Virus record (IMG/VR): IMGVR_UViG_3300023184_000034
Coordinates: 32,001 to 96,000 of that record
Strand: one strand, 5' to 3'
Length of the DNA: 64,000 bases
From: a virus
Part shown: piece after piece, positions 10,801 through 26,200 of the stretch
Layout of the letters: each line of letters starts with the position of its first letter
How positions within the stretch are numbered: position 1 is the stretch's first letter
Translations under genes and position numbers: made by a program
The notes under the pieces: model-generated
Database searches by the model: none
Seen by the model: the letters and a program-made list of their open reading frames with translations, nothing else
What the model was told of the DNA's origin: nothing

Positions 10801-11290
10801 TTTAAATCTAATTAAGTCAATTTCTGATGATATCATATATCACCCAGTCAGTTATACCTTGCTTTTTGGCATCCAAGCAACTCCTGCTTTACAAGCAACA
10901 TTTAATGTCATGATTAATCCCAACTCTGCAGTATCAAACGCAGATGTTCAAGCACGAATTTTAGCTGCAATCAACACTTTCTTTACCTTGGACAACTGGG
11001 ATTTTGGCGACACATTTTACTTTACTGAGCTGAGTACATATGTGATGAATCAACTAGCCCCGGACATTATAAATTTTGCCATAGTTCCAAAACAGCCAGG
11101 GTTGTACTTTGGTAATTTATTTGAAATACAATGCCAAGGCGACAAAATATTTTTAAGTTGTGCCACTACCAACGATATTGTTATTGTCACGAGCTTTACT
11201 AGTACCAATTTAAAAACAATAACTTCTTCGTCAAACAGTGTTACCTCTAACCAAGTAGTAACTAGTTCATCATCCGGAGCATCTTACTAA
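7817..11290 (+). CDS. gp6: Baseplate wedge protein (gp6-like)
   Basis: YDFNNLR..MIDY...FNDYIESS..LIDL.AY...ENFL..A.RR.SV; FSDG.FG..P; APQNYYTQNRMIT.EDY. Confidence 0.85.
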   Translation: MSSTDRQNNLLIAENWQKIYQSFKNANFQSYDFNNLRRTMIDYIRTNFPEDFNDYIESSEYLALIDLIAYVGQSIAFRVDLNARENFLELAERRDSVLRLARMINYNASRTVAARGLLKFNSVQTTENVIDSNGRNLSGQFVSWNDPSNNNWYDQFIKVINAALPSTQQFGNPIDSATIGNIPTAQYRFNAVNRDVPAYYFSKTIAGRNMNFEITSTTFKGKSYIYEEPPRVGNKPACVYQDDGFGAGSPSTGFFFNFTQGTLNQGSFTVTQPTSNQSIDINSQNINDSDVWLYSLDQSTGLEKLLWTQVPATTGNNIIYNSLNSNIKDIYNVITRAGDAISLAFSDGTFGNLPLGGFRVYYRVSNGLSYTISPSDVVNVVVNIPYRSSNNQLETLSISLNLATSVANATTAETNASVKINAPQNYYTQNRMITGEDYNISPLSTNLQVAKVKSLNRTSSGISRYFDLLDPTGKYSTTNVFADDGILYKDEYTAAVNFSYIVETDIEGVIYNTLYDILDSNSLKNFYYANFLDYLNISLSISWYTVTLDSNSVSGYIGSILDSTPYKVGSFTATNLKYLTAGSLVKFVAPTGKYFDTNNNNALVTGTATLPGSASYIWAQVISVVDDGTGNNTGKVTINNSTSGPIVMNKVIPTDALAVQIIPKFAITLTPSIITTMIDLISANENFGLRYDATIQTWQIVFSNNLNLTNTFNLANQGNQSNLQLDSSWLILFTTNTEIYTITSRNLRYIFESDQQSAFYFDTTAKIYDSVTSKTITDKINVLSINPKPDDSVSFTQDLGWKIVSEYIGQDGYVDSKKVVVAFLDAEGTDTPNNPQMFLDIVNPSVEPLKKYIVQHRYLISEGQEDYKYIKNDADKGPVRIKPTQSSIGNLRDYPDGTYFYVVNTDTVFQLNLSGATQLTPTLDYKVYIGRTDLKFQYIHSADYNSRIDPGTSNIIDIYVLTSNYDTAFRQWVSAGGTQPLPPSSDELNTLLSPNLNLIKSISDDIIYHPVSYTLLFGIQATPALQATFNVMINPNSAVSNADVQARILAAINTFFTLDNWDFGDTFYFTELSTYVMNQLAPDIINFAIVPKQPGLYFGNLFEIQCQGDKIFLSCATTNDIVIVTSFTSTNLKTITSSSNSVTSNQVVTSSSSGASY

Positions 11291-14200
11291 TGGCCACTTC
11301 CAATGTAAACGGCAACAAAGGACTTAGTGCAAACTTACTACCTAAGTTTTATCAAACTCCGTCAAACAAGAAATTTTTACAAAGCACAATAGATCAGTTG
11401 TTTCAACCAGGATCGTTGACAAAAGTCAGTGGTTATGTTGGTAGAGAAAATGCCAAGGCAAGTGTGGGAACAGATTTATATATAGAAGCATCTGACAAAT
11501 TACGACAAGATTATCAATTAGAGCCTGGTGTAACAATTAGAGACACAGTGGGCAATGTTACTTTTTTTAAAGATTACATTGATTATATAAATCAAATCAA
11601 TGTGTTTGGCGGCAACACTGATAATCATACTAGACTTAATAAACAAGAATTTTACAGTTGGAACCCGCACATTGACTGGGACAAGTTTGTTAATTTTCAA
11701 AATTATTACTGGTTGCCATACGGCCCTGATACCATAACAATTTATGGCAAAGAGCGAGTTATTAACAGCACATACACTGTGGAAGTTCAGCGTCAAGGAA
11801 CCAACAACCAATTTGTGTTTACTCCCGACGGACTAACACCTAATCCAGTGTTGAGATTGTATAGAGGAAAAACATACACCTTTAATATCAATAGTCCCAA
11901 CAATCCTTTTAGTTTTAAAACAGCAAGATCTGCAGGCCCAACTGACCGCTATAATTATCAAGGATCGGTTAGTGCCAGTGGTGTCACATCTGGAACAATC
12001 ACATTTACCGTTACTAAACAAACACCTAGTATTTTGTACTACCAAAGTGAAAATGACATTGATCTTGGTGGCGCAATACAAATTTCTGAACTGCTTGAAA
12101 ACACAAGCATTGATGTTGAAGCAGAAATTTTAGGAAAAAAAACAGCCACACTGGACAATGGCATCACATTAAGCAATGGTATGAAATTGTCGTTTGGCGG
12201 CACAGTGTACCCTGAAAGCTATGCCAACGGACAATTCTATGTGGAAGGTGTTGGCACTGCAATTAAATTAATATCAGCGGATATTTTAGAAATTGTCAGC
12301 CCGTACTCTACAAATAATACATTGCCGTTTGATAGCATGCCGTGGGACGTTGAACCGTTTGATGATGCAACTGGATATGCCGGCACAATTGATTATATAA
12401 CTATTAACAGAAGTAGTCGAGATCACAACCCTTGGAGCAGATACAATCGTTGGTTCCATAAAGATGTAATTTCTGCTTCCGCCATATTTAATAATAATAC
12501 TATTAGCTTAGATCAAACAACTCGAGCTATTAGACCAATTATTGAATTCTTTCCAGATATCAAATTACACAACTTGGGAATAACAGCAATACCTGATATT
12601 GACTTAATAGATACATTTACTCAAGATGCGTTTTCGACCATTGAAGGCACTATTGGTTACAATGTTGACAATTTTGATTTATTGCCGGGCATGCTTGTTA
12701 TATTCACTGCAGACCCGGACCCGCTAGTACAAAATAAAATTTACAAAGTTGAATATGTAGACGTTAGAAATTTAAGTAGTGGCAGCAATCAAATACATCT
12801 AGTGGAAATTGCCACACCCACAGTTGGACAAGTTGTGTTAGTACGACAAGGATCAAAGTATAAAAGCAAAATGTTTTGGTTTAACGGCACCACATGGATA
12901 GAAGGACAAACTAAAACAGCCACTAACCAAGCTCCAATGTTTGACATGTTTGACAATGATGGTGTTAGTTTTTCAAATTTGTCCGTGTACACTGGTTCAA
13001 CTTTTGCGGGAACTAAAATATTTTCTTACAAATTAGGAACTACCGGAACAGTTGATCCAAAATTAGGATTTATCTTATCTTATCAAAATGTTAATAACAT
13101 AGGCGATATTGTTTTTAATTTTAATCTAGCAACAGACACATTTGAATATAAAAAAACTTCAATTGTTGAAACACAAAATATCAATATTGGATATTTGTCT
13201 ACACGAGATTACGGCGGCAATTTAACATATTCTAACGGTTGGGAAACTTCTGCTGTAACCAATGTACAAGCTGCTGTGAGAATTTACAAAAATTCAGGTC
13301 GCACCAATAATTTTCCAATTGACATATTTGATGACCCTGGAAATCTATCTGATTTAGTTGTGAAAATTTATGTTAACGGTACACGGTTGGATAGTAAACT
13401 CTGGTCAATTAATAGCACAGCTGCTTATAAAATAGTTAACCTAATAACACCCATCGGCTTAGACGATGTATTGACCATAAGAGCATTTTCTGCTCAGGTT
13501 ATTAATCAAAACGGTTATTACGAAGTTCCTTTGAATTTTCAAAATAATCCGTTAAACGATGTAATGACAAATTTCACCTTGGGTGAAGTGACAGATCACG
13601 TTAACAGTATAATAGATAATCTCCCTACACCTAATACAGATATTCAAAATTTAGGCAATATTACACCATATGGTACAAAATTTGTACAACATAGCGGCCC
13701 ATTGAGTCTTGGCGTTTATCATATTTGTTCAGAATCAAACAATGTGATCAAGGCAGTAGAACAAGCAAGAACAGATTACAACAGCTTCAAACAAAATTTT
13801 ATCAATTCGGCAAGTTCATTAGGAGTTGACGGAGACCCAGTTACATTATTTGAAATGGTGTTGAACAAGTTAAACAACAACAAACCTAGAGTGGCCCCTT
13901 ATTACTTGAGTGACATGGTACCGTACGGTGCAGCTATTTCAACCAGTATCAAAGTAGTTGACTATAGGATTAAAAATTATCCGTTAACCACTGTGTTTTC
14001 TTTAAATAACCTTTCTAACAAGGCCGTGGGAATCTATCTCAACGGAGTACAATTAGTTCACGGCCAAGATTATAACTTCGATGTGTCGGGTTTTGTATCC
14101 ATTGATCCGTCTGTTAATCTTGCCAACGGCAACACAATCAAAACAGTTGAATACGAAAATACTGACGGCAGTTTTGTCCCAGCAACACCAACTAAACTAG

Positions 14201-17200
14201 GCATGTGGCCTGCCTTTGCGCCTAAAAAATATCTAGATACAACATTGGTTAACCCTCAACTGGTTATTCAAGGTCACGACGGCAGCATTGTTTTGGCATA
14301 TAACGATTATAGAGATGATTTAATATTAGAACTTGAAAAACGAATTTTTAACAACATCAAGGTAAAATACAATACTGATATTTTTGATATTTCAAAAATA
14401 ATCCCCAGCTACAATAGAAAATCAGATTACTCAAGAACTGAATTTAATAGTGTACTGGCTCCTAATTTTTATAAATGGACTGGCTTGGTAGGAAAAGATT
14501 TAACCACTCCGCTAAACTACGACAGAACAAATGGTTTTACTTACAACTATGCATTGTCTGGAGCACCTGACAAAACTCCTATACCTGCATATTGGAGGGG
14601 AATTTATAGATATATCTTGGATACTGACAGGCCACACTTGTGTCCTTGGGAAATGCTGGGATTTGCAATAGAACCCAAGTGGTGGACAACTGTGTATGGC
14701 CCTGCTCCATACTCAAGCGACAATCTACCCATGTGGCAAGATATTGCTGACGGCGCAGTCAAAGAACCAAATACACCGCCGGTGTATTTTCCAGAGCGTG
14801 CTAAACCATTTTTAATGTCGCATATACCTGTTGACGAATTTGGTAATTTAATTAGCCCATTACAATCAGGCATTGCATCTGGTCTATCACAACCAAGTAT
14901 CAATAACAATTTTGTATTTGGGGATGGGAGCCCAGTAGAATCTGCATGGACTAGAAGTAGTTATTATCCGTTTAGTGTAGTAATAGCCAGCTTGTTGTTA
15001 ACACCAGCTAATACATTTGGTATGTTGTTGGACAGATCGCGTGTTGTTAGAAACATTGCTGGCCAACTGATATATTCAGATACTGGCTTACGAATAAAAC
15101 CGTCAGACGTATTATTACCTAGCACTTACTCCAGTTCTACTCGAGTACAAACTGCAGGCTTAGTTAACTATATTGTTGATTTGATATTTAATTATATTTT
15201 TAGTAATAATGTTGCTGGTTACAATTCTTATTCAACAGACTTGTCAAAGTTAACACCTCTATTAAGTTATCGAGTAGGAGCATACACTAACAAGCCGCAA
15301 TTTAATTTGTTGTTAGAGTCAAAAACTCCGTCCAGTACTGGTAACGTATTTGTACCACCAGATGATTACTCTGTATTTTTAAATAAATCTACTCCTGTTA
15401 AAAAGATAACTTACAGTGGTGTGGTCATTACAAAAGTATCTACCGGATTTGAAATAAAAGGTTATAGTTTATCGCAGCCTTATTTTAAATATTACCAATT
15501 TCTTGGCACTGGCAGCAGAATCACAGTTGGCGGTATTTCTGAAGATTATTCGGCATGGACTCCTGGTGAAAATTATTTGGTTGGCTCCGTTGTGCAGTAT
15601 AATGGTTCTTATTATCGTTCACTACAAAATTCTGTAACCGATGAAACATTTAATACTTTCAATTTTGCAAAACTGCCTGGCCTTCCTATGAACGGCGGCT
15701 CTTCTGCAAATATTAGAAACAAATGGGATAATAATCAAATTTTAGTAGCGCCGTACGGAACATTATTTCCAGACATCCAATCCGTAGTTGATTTTCTGTT
15801 GGGGTACGGCGAATATTTAAAAGATCAGGGTTTCTTGTTCAATGACTATAACACAAATTATAGCACAGTATCTAACTGGTTGTCCAGTGCTAACGAATTT
15901 TTATTCTGGACTACACAAAATTGGAGTACTGGAGTAGACAAGTGGCAAGACTGGCAAGCAAATGAATCATACACGTATGGATCAATTGTAAAGTATGACG
16001 GCGATTTCTACAGTGCTTTATATAATATTCCATTATCAACTGCGTTTGACGCCAGCAAATGGAATATGTTGCCGGGATTAAGCAACATTGGTAGTAGTGT
16101 TATCAGTTTAAGTCCTTCTGCTAACGGCATTAATTTTACTACGACCTTAGCGGTAGTTGACAGCATTGCTAGTCAATTTAACCCTTACGAAATTTTTAAA
16201 GTGGATGGATCGCCGTTTGATCTAACAAGTTTAGACAGTTATCATCAAGATGGCAAAGTTTCTTATATACCAAAATCTACCGAAGGTATATATGGTGCCA
16301 GTTTTTATCTAGTGCAGCACGAGCATGTTGTAGCAGTTAACAACACAACTATTTTTAATGATGTTATATACAGCCCTACTAGCGGTTATCGCAGAGACCG
16401 ACTGAAAGTCAGTGGGTATATTACCACAGGTTGGACAGCTGGTTTAGATATTCCAGGATTTATATTTGACGCTGCTAAGATAGACGAGTGGCAATCTTGG
16501 AAAGATTACAATGTCGGTGACATTGCCAAGTACGGACAATTTTATTTCCAAGCAGAACCCATGACGGGAAATCTAATTCCAGGATCTGAAAAATTCAATT
16601 ACACGCAGTGGACTAAATTACTCAACAAGCCCACAAATCAAATCTTGCCCAACTGGACAACTATTGCATCTCAGTTTACGGATTTTTACAGCGCCGATAT
16701 TGACAGTTTCAATACTGCACAGCAAACAATGGCCCATCACTTGATTGGATATCAAAAACGCCAATATTTAAATAATATTATTCAAGATCCGGTAAGTGAG
16801 TTCAAATTTTACCAAGGCATGATTCGAGAAAAAGGTACACAAAATGTTTTAAATCAGTTATTTGGTGTATTAAATTCTGAAAATAGAGAAAGTCTTACAT
16901 TCTATGAAGAATGGGCTGTTCGAACTGGTCGATACGGCGCAACAAATGCGTTTGAAGAAATTGAATTTATACTAGATGAAAGCAAGTATTTAAATAATCC
17001 TCAAGCCACGGTGCTGGTAAAAAATTTAGATAGTAAGTTAAATCCATTTGTTGTACAACAAACTATTAATGATGTTTATGTAAAACCAATGGGCTATACA
17101 GCAACACCGTTTCCTGTATTCGAACCAACAAAATCGAATCAATTTTTAAGAAGCGCAGGCTATGTAAATTCTGCAGATGTATATGTTGCAGTAAGTTCAA

Positions 17201-20200
17201 CTAATCAACTGTTGGGTCAACCTGCAACCAGTATCACAGTGGGCATATCTTACATAATTAAATCGGTGAATGCTACTACAGATTTTACTCAGATCGGTGC
17301 AACAGAAAATGCTGTTGGATTATCATTTGTTGCCACAGGCGTTGGTTCCGGAACTGCAACAGTTGTGTTGGATCCTAATAAATTAAATGAAGGTTCGTAT
17401 ATTTGGTGTGCGTTTGATCCTGCAGGATGGAATGTTTATCGATACACCGATATTCAAATAAGTGCAACTGGTGCAACATATGCTAATAATTTATTAACAA
17501 TTACAACTGATATTACTCCTAATATACAAGTTGGATCATTCATTGGGCTTTCACAGATTCCCACACTGAGTGGTTTTTATCAAGTAACAAGTGTGATTTT
17601 GAATAAAATCACAGTATCTGCAACAATAGCTGCCTTCCCCAATTTGTCTGCTCTTCAAATTAAAGAAATAATTATATATGCTTTGATTCCACAGCGCACA
17701 GCCTCCATAGATAACATAGATTCTATTCTACCTACAAACTTACAAAAGAATGATTTGGTATGGACAGACAACAGTGGCAACGGCTCTTGGGCCACATGGA
17801 TATACAATCCTGTATTTCAGCAACAGCTTTTATCTAATACAACACCTAGTCCAAATTCACAATTTGGATATGTTACATCAATAAACCAGCAGGGTAACTT
17901 GCTGGCTGTTGGCGCATTAAGCGGCAATGTTGTAATTTATGATAAGGTAGGATTACAGACTCCTTGGATTCGTCGACAAGAAATTCAGTATCCGTTTAGT
18001 GCTCAAGCTGATTTTAATGCACTTACGTTGGTTGCATCTACCATCGCCATAAGTCCCGACGGAACATGGGTAGCCACCGGGTCTCCTAAAGTCAGTCATG
18101 TGTCTACTAAACTGAAACCAAATTGGAGTTTGTCTAATACATATCAAGTTGGTGATATTGTATCGGTGGGAATAGACAAGGCATACCAAGCAACATTGGA
18201 TGTGCCCACAAATATACCTGTAACTAACACATACTATTGGAAAAATATACCTTACATCCCAGTTGACAATTTGGGAACAAATTCTTCATTAATGCAACAA
18301 GGCATGATATCGTTATACAAAAAAGATGCTAATAATCTTTACAATTTAGTTGACAGTATTATTAGCCCGTCCCCTGCTGACGGCCAGTTGTTTGGCGAAA
18401 CACTGGAATTTGGAAATTCAGTATTGTACATTGGCGCTACTGGCACCGGCTGCACTGTTTTTAAATTATCATACACTTCAACACTTAACGTATCCACAGC
18501 ATACGATAATGTTGGCAGTACAGGAACAACTCTAAAAGTAACATCAGCAATTGGAATTTCAGCAGGTATGTATGTACAAAGCTCTGCATTTTTAAATAAC
18601 CAGACGGTTGATTCTGTATTATCTAGAATAGTGTTTCCAGTATCTGTATCTGGAAATGTTACAAATTCATTGGGAATTTTGATAAAAGTTGAAAATATCA
18701 CAGCCACCATGACTGTCACAGGTACGGGTGTAGTGTCGGGCGCTGAGATATATTCTAAAGGAATCACCAGTGATGGAAATGTGTATATTATTGTGTCAGC
18801 ATCACAAAACTTATTGACAAGTATTACGCAAATTCAGTTAGACAATGATCCAACATTGATATTTACAATATCAACTGTGTCTAGCGCAAATACTTTAATA
18901 TTATCCTCAACTCCTACAAGTACACCGATCGGCACATTAAATTTTGTAACAACAGCGTGGGCTTATAAAGATTTTGTAACCACTCCCAATGGAGTTAATT
19001 ATTTTGGCGCTGGTTTATCATTGAGCGATGATAACAGCACATTGGCCGTTTCTTCCAGCGAGTCGGTCTACCTTTTTGCCACATCTTCCAACACACTGAT
19101 TCGCACATACACAGGGTTCACTAATGCAAACAAACTTGCTGTTAGCATTTCTGGAAGCGGAAAATATCTAGCAGTGGGACAGGGATCAACAGGCACAGTC
19201 AATATATATCAAACAGCTGGTTTAACCCCAACTGTTCCAGTACAGACTTTGATAAATCATTTTAATCAAGAAGATCGTGCATTCTTTGGAAGTAAACTGG
19301 CATTTATGACTGATGATACACTGGTGGTGTATAGTCAATCCGGCTCAACGTCAATTGCCACAACCATTGATGCATATTTAGAACCATTATTATCGTATAC
19401 ATATCTAGACGAAAACGGTGTAACACAGGTATCCACATATGTAAATGATCCCGAGTCAGCAGAAAACATTAATCAAACTACATTTGATAATCAGTCTACA
19501 AGATTTGTAACTCCTTTACCAAATGCAGGTCGTGTTGATATATACGATAGGTATGCTACCAAGTGGGTGTACAGTGAAAGTCTTGATAATATTGATACAC
19601 CAGCCAGTGGATACGGCGTGGGATTTGCGGTGGGTAGTAATTCTGTAGTTGTGGGTTTGCCAAGACTAGACAATGGGTCGTTAATGGACACTGGCAAAGC
19701 ATATGTATACAACAAGTTTCCTAATAATTTTACATGGAAAATTTATCGTTCACAAATTCCAGTTGTTAATATTGGTAAAATTAAAAAAGCATTCTTGTAT
19801 GACAAGGTTACCAGTAAGCTGTTGGTACAGTTAGATGTGATTGATCCTAACCAAGGTAAAATTCCAGGACCTGCCGATGCAGAAATCAAGTACAAATCGT
19901 TCTATGATCCTGCAACTTATTTCTACAGTAGTATGGTTTCACCAGGACCAACAGTGAACATTGACACTGGATCTTTCTGGGCATCTCCGCAAGTCGGCCA
20001 ACTATGGTGGGATTTAAGAACTGCCAAATTTATTGATCCGTACTTTGAAGATATTTCTTATAGAAACAATGTTTGGAATAAATTAGCACAAGGCGCCAGC
20101 ATAGATATTTACGAGTGGATATCTTCTAGTTTATTACCAGCAGCGTGGGACACACTGGCCGACACACCTGCTGGACTTGCAAGTGGTATCAGTGGATTGA

Positions 20201-23200
20201 GTCTACATGGCAACAGTGCGTATTCAATTACAAAATCTTATAATAATATAACTAAGAAATTTATCAATACTTACTATTACTGGGTTAAAAACAAAGCAAT
20301 AGTTCCATCTGTGGAAGGTCGTAAATTATCTGCGCAGTCTGTATCTAGTTTAATTTCTAATCCCCGAGGAAATGCGTATACTTATATTGCATTAATTGGT
20401 AAAGATTCTTTTAGTATTGCGAACATAAGTCAATATTTAAACAACACTGACACAGTATTGGCTATAGAATACTGGACCATTGACAAAGTTGATCAGAATG
20501 TTCACTCACAGTGGAAATTGATAAGCAAAGATACAGCAGTTGAAATACCAGATGCTATACAACAAAAATGGGTCGATAGTCTTTGCGGCGCAGACGAAGC
20601 AGGTCGCCCAGTGCCTGATATTAACCTACCACCAAAGTTGAAATACGGTATTGAAAATAGACCTAGACAAAGTATGTTTATTAATAGAACAGAAGCTTTG
20701 AAACAGTTTGTGGAAGCTGTTAATACTATTTTCTTAAAATATCAGATAACAGAAAACTACAACATACAAGATTTAGAATCGTATGATATACAGCCAACAG
20801 AATTGTCTGGAAAATTTGACCTTGTGTTAGATACTGATGCAGAATTGCCATATGCTAACATTAATTTGTTTCAAGCAGCATCTTTAACTCCAGTTATTGT
20901 TGATGGCAGGGTTACTGGAATTAAAATATTTGAAACCGGTAAAGGTTATATAATTCCTCCTTTCATTGATATTGTGGGATCTGGAAAAGGTGCAGTTGCA
21001 AAAGCAATAATTAATTCAGCCGGAAGCATTGTGTCGGCAACTGTTATTTCTTCCGGTGAAGGATACAATCCTGACATCACAGTTTGTGTTGTTAGAAGTT
21101 ATTCTGTTCTAGTAAGGAATGACAGTTTAGCCAGTGGAAATTGGAGCATTTATTCATACGACACAGTCAACAATCTGTGGTCGCGTTCGCTAACACAATC
21201 GTTTGACGTTAGAAATTACTGGTCAAAAATTGATTGGTATGCTACCGGTTATAATCAGTTCAGCTCACCAGATTTTGTAGTTCACACAACATTTGATTTA
21301 AATCTTATCAATGTGTCAATTGGACAATTGGTTAAAGTTTTAAAAGTTAATTCAGGAAGTTGGGTGTTGATAGAAAAGTTTGCTAATCTCAATACAACAG
21401 ATTGGACACAAAATTACACAATTGTTGGAATTCAAAACGGCACAATTCAATTGAACTCTAGCTTGTATCAGACGCAGTTCAGTGCAGTTGGTTATGATTC
21501 CAGCACGTTTGACCAAGGTGCGTTTGACGTTAAAGCCAGCACTGAGTTGAGAATTATACTTAAAACATTAAAAGATAATATTTTCATAGGAACAAACCTT
21601 AAAGGAACATATTTAGATTTATTCTTACGAAGTGTGCGATATGCACACAGCGAGCAATTGTATATTGACTGGATTTTTAAAACAAGTTTTGTTCGTGCTA
21701 CGCATCATGTGGGAAAATTAGATCAACCGGTGTACTATCCTATTGATAATTTAAGTAACTTTGAAGATTATGTGGCTGAAGTTAAACCGTACAGAACTAA
21801 AATACGAGAATATATCAGTCAGTATACATCGCTGGACCCGAGCTATAGTGCGGTGACTGATTTTGATTTGCCATCTGTTGTTAAAAATTCATTTGCACTT
21901 GCAATAAACACAGCGGTGTCTGGCAACATTATCACTGCAGACCAACCAGAAATTCAATCTTATCCATGGAAGTTTTGGTTAGACAATGCTGGGTACAGTG
22001 TTACTGAACTGATTATTGTCAACGGCGGCAGTGGTTATGTTACAACACCGCAAGTTATCATAACCGGCAACAGCGGATCAGGAGCTACCGCAGAAGCATA
22101 TTTTACAAATGGTATTATAAATCGAATTATATTAAAAACATCTGGTAGTGGATACTTGTCAGCACCCACTGTTAGTATTAATAGCGGGCTGTCTATAACA
22201 GGAACTCCTGCTAAGGTTATTGCAATTATTGGAAAAGGTGTTGTGAGATCAAGTTTAATCGGTATGAAATTTGACAGAACCAATAAGAAACAATACATTA
22301 TAAATTTAGATGTGACTGATTCATTTGTTGGAACTGGCTCTAAAAAACAATTTGTTTTAACTTGGGCACCTGACATTAAAGTAGGAAAATCTAGTGTATA
22401 TATCAATGACATTTTGGTATTAAGAGAAACATATACATTAGCAGTAGAAACAAAGATAGTGAATGGTCAAACACAGTATTACGGAACACTGACCTTTATT
22501 GTTTCAGACATAGTTGTTGCACCCTTGATGAATTCCTCTATTGTAATCAAATACATAAAAGATATTTCATTACTAAATGCCGTGGACCGTATTGAATTTT
22601 ACTATAATCCAACTACTGGCATGTTAGGTAAAGAATTATCTCAACTAATGACTGGTGTGGATTATGGTGGAAACATTGTTGGCAATCTTGGATTTGCTTC
22701 TAAGAACGGCTGGGGCGTGACGCCCTATGCACTGGATAAATGGGACACGTACGACAATTCATATACAGACTATGTTACCCAAGTCACCGCTGTCACCCGT
22801 GCATTGCCATATGACGTTGATTTTACCCCGGTAGTCGGTACAAATATCAATGTGTATCACATAAAAAATTATGTAATTTCAGCACCATCGGATGGCGCAA
22901 CCTTGGTATGGCCTTTTAGTTTGTTCATTAATCAGCCAGCTGTGTCTGTAACTACTACTGTGAATTCAAGTAGTCCATCCAATATTAGTTCTACATTAGT
23001 GGGTTATTCTACCAAAATTCAATCTACACTAACATCTACCAACGGCACTGCAGGCCAATCTTCTATTGTGTTTGACGCTGTACCAAATGTTGTGATTGGG
23101 CAGTATGTGAGTGGAACTGGTGTAGTTGCAGGATCTAAAGTTATACAAGTAGCAGGCACTATTGTAATAATTTCCAATAATCTCAACCTTGATGCTGCCG

Positions 23201-26200
23201 GTGATTATAGTTTTTATTTACTAGGCACTGTGTTAACTGTTTCTAGTTTAACAGGTATTGTGGCAGGCATGGGAGTAGCTGGAGCAGGCTTTGTCACACA
23301 ATCTGTTACCAAAACACAAACTGTTGTGGTAAGCGGAGTTACATCACGTTATGTGTATATCACTGCGTCGCCAAATAGTATTCCAACAGTGGGTTCACTG
23401 TTGACATTTGTTACAAATTCAGCAGGTTCAAAAACATTAACAGTGTCCAGTACCGCAAATTTAAAAATTGGCGATGTGGTTACGTCTGCATCACAAAATG
23501 TATTTGGTTATAACACAACAATTGTCAGTATAGAAAATTCAACAAAAATAACACTGAGTCAGATTATCTATTCGACACTGGCCAACAACACTTCTTTATT
23601 GTTCACAAGGGTACTGAGTCAGCCCGCCGAAGTTGCATCCTATGCCAACGGTACTATTTTGTTAAGTGATCCAGTATTGGTTGGAAGTTACATAAACATT
23701 TATGGAAAATTGGATCCTATACGAATTGACGACCCAGCCTACGGAACTACAGTTACTGGCACATGGACTACTCCTAATGCCTACGTTTCTGGCACTGTGG
23801 TTCTTTTCAATAATAAAAAGTATGTTTGTAAAATTGCACATTCTGCATCAGCTCAATTCACAACAGATTTATCATTGGGTAAATGGAGAGAGTATAATGA
23901 TAATGCAGTAATTGTTACTCCTGTGTTAGGCACAACACCTGCTCCTCTAGTGTTAACTACTGTGAGATCAGACGGCAGCAGATCTTACACAATCAATATT
24001 CCCAACACATACGTTGTGAACAATGACGATGTGTTTATTTTACGTCAAAGCACAAGTGATGGAACAATTGTGCCAACTGATTACGATACTGATATATCTG
24101 GCGGCGATTTGGTGTATTCAACTGCTCGAGGCATACTTGCTGACGATATTGTGTTGGACGGTGATGCGTTTGTATCGGAAACAACAAGCCCAGCACCAGA
24201 AGAAGTTGTGCCTGGACAAATCGTAGATACATTGGCAATCAAAGTATTTGACAGACCGTCTTCTGGCTCTGCAAACATTGCAATAGACAACTATATTACT
24301 GACGGTATCACAACTACTTTTGATTTAAGAACTATGCCTGTTAACTCTGGATCTATTATTTTAAAAATAGGCAATACTGTTAAAACTATAAATTCTGATT
24401 ACACAATTGATTATGCAAACAAGCGACTGGTTCTTCCAACAACGCCAATTGCAAAACAAATTTTAACTATCTTTGTTATTGGATTTTCTGGATCAAACAT
24501 ATTGGATCTTGATTATTTTGTCGGAGACGGTATCACTACTGAATTCGTCACAAAATCTCCATGGCTCGATAGCTTTACAGGATTGGTATATGTTAATGGT
24601 GTAGTTGAAAACCCAGTGTTGTTCAAAACAGACGACACTTACGAAATAAACAATTCTGTTGGAATGCGATTTGACATGCCAGTTGCAACAAATGCTCTCA
24701 TAAATTATATCATAGTTGGTGGAGATACTCGTACATTTTCAGTTACAAACTCTGAAATAATTCCAACAACAGGCAGCACCACTTATACATTACAAAATCT
24801 TGTGGGAAGATCTTTACCCAACGAAACCAACATGATTGTACGTGCCAATCAAACTATTTTAAATGCACCTGTTAACTCTTATTTCACTATCAAGAGCAAT
24901 ATATATTCGTACCCGTTGGATGCAAATCGTGTGACGCCGTACACTATTTCAGCGCAGGACGTTATTGTGGTGGCAAACAACGTATTGTTAGTGCCAGGAA
25001 ACGATTACAGTGTTGATTTGGCAGGTGTCACTGTACAACTTACAAGATCTGCTTACAGCAGATATAGAAATACCAAATTAACAATCAGTATAACAACTAA
25101 TGCTGGATATTTTTACAATCCAACCACTAATCAAATAACATTTACACAGGCATATACCAGCTCTGATGTTGTACAAGTGACCAGTTCGTTTAACCACAAC
25201 ACATTAGACGTTGAACGAACCACACTGATGGTCAAGTCTGCTGCAAATTTAACCCCAGAAACTGTACAGTGTTATCAATATCAGTCCATTATTGGCGGAT
25301 TAATCACGCTGGACAGAGCTGTGTTGAATGAAAGTTATGTGTGGGTAATAAAAAATTCTATATTACTAGTACCTGGCGTTGATTACAAATTGTTAGACGA
25401 CCATTTGTCCATCCAACTAACAAATTCTCTTGGTTTAACTGATAAAATTTCGTTGATGACATTTGGTAGCAATGTCATCACAGCAGGAATCTCTTACATG
25501 CAATTTAAGGACATGCTGAATCGCACAATTTACAAGAGATTAAACTTGTCTAAAAGAACAGAACTACTTACAGATTTGCGTTGGAACAGCACCAGTATTG
25601 TGTTGGTTGACGGCAGCAATTTTCAAGAACCTGACACTGTAAGAAATTCACCAGGTGTAATTGAAATTAGAGGTGAGCGTATAGAGTATTTTGCAAAAAC
25701 AGGAAATGTGCTGTCCAAACTGCGCCGAGGCACCGCAGGCACTGGTATATTTGACTTAAACTATGCCGGAACCTTTGTGCAGGACATTGGTTCAGCTGAA
25801 ACTGTTCCTTACAACGACTCTGTACAAACTGTACAGGTGTTGTCTAATGGTACCAACATTGTAAAATTAAGTTTTGCACCAACCAAAGGTAATCAAAACT
25901 CCGTTGATATGAATTACGAACCAACAGGTGTTCGAACTTGGTTCTCTGATGCTGGATACTTGCTGATTGGAACATTTGACCCAGTGTCCAGTTATAAAAT
26001 TAAAGATGTTGTTGTGTACAACAATTCCTACTATCACTGTAGAAAAACAGTGAGTTTGTTATCCAGTAGAATATTTGGAGTAGATTACACACCAGCCAAT
26101 TCCACATATTGGACCTTGTATCCAACCAGTATTCCAGTTGGATATGGACAGACAGACCAAATTGAGGTATTTGTGGGCGGGTATGATGATATCACAGTGT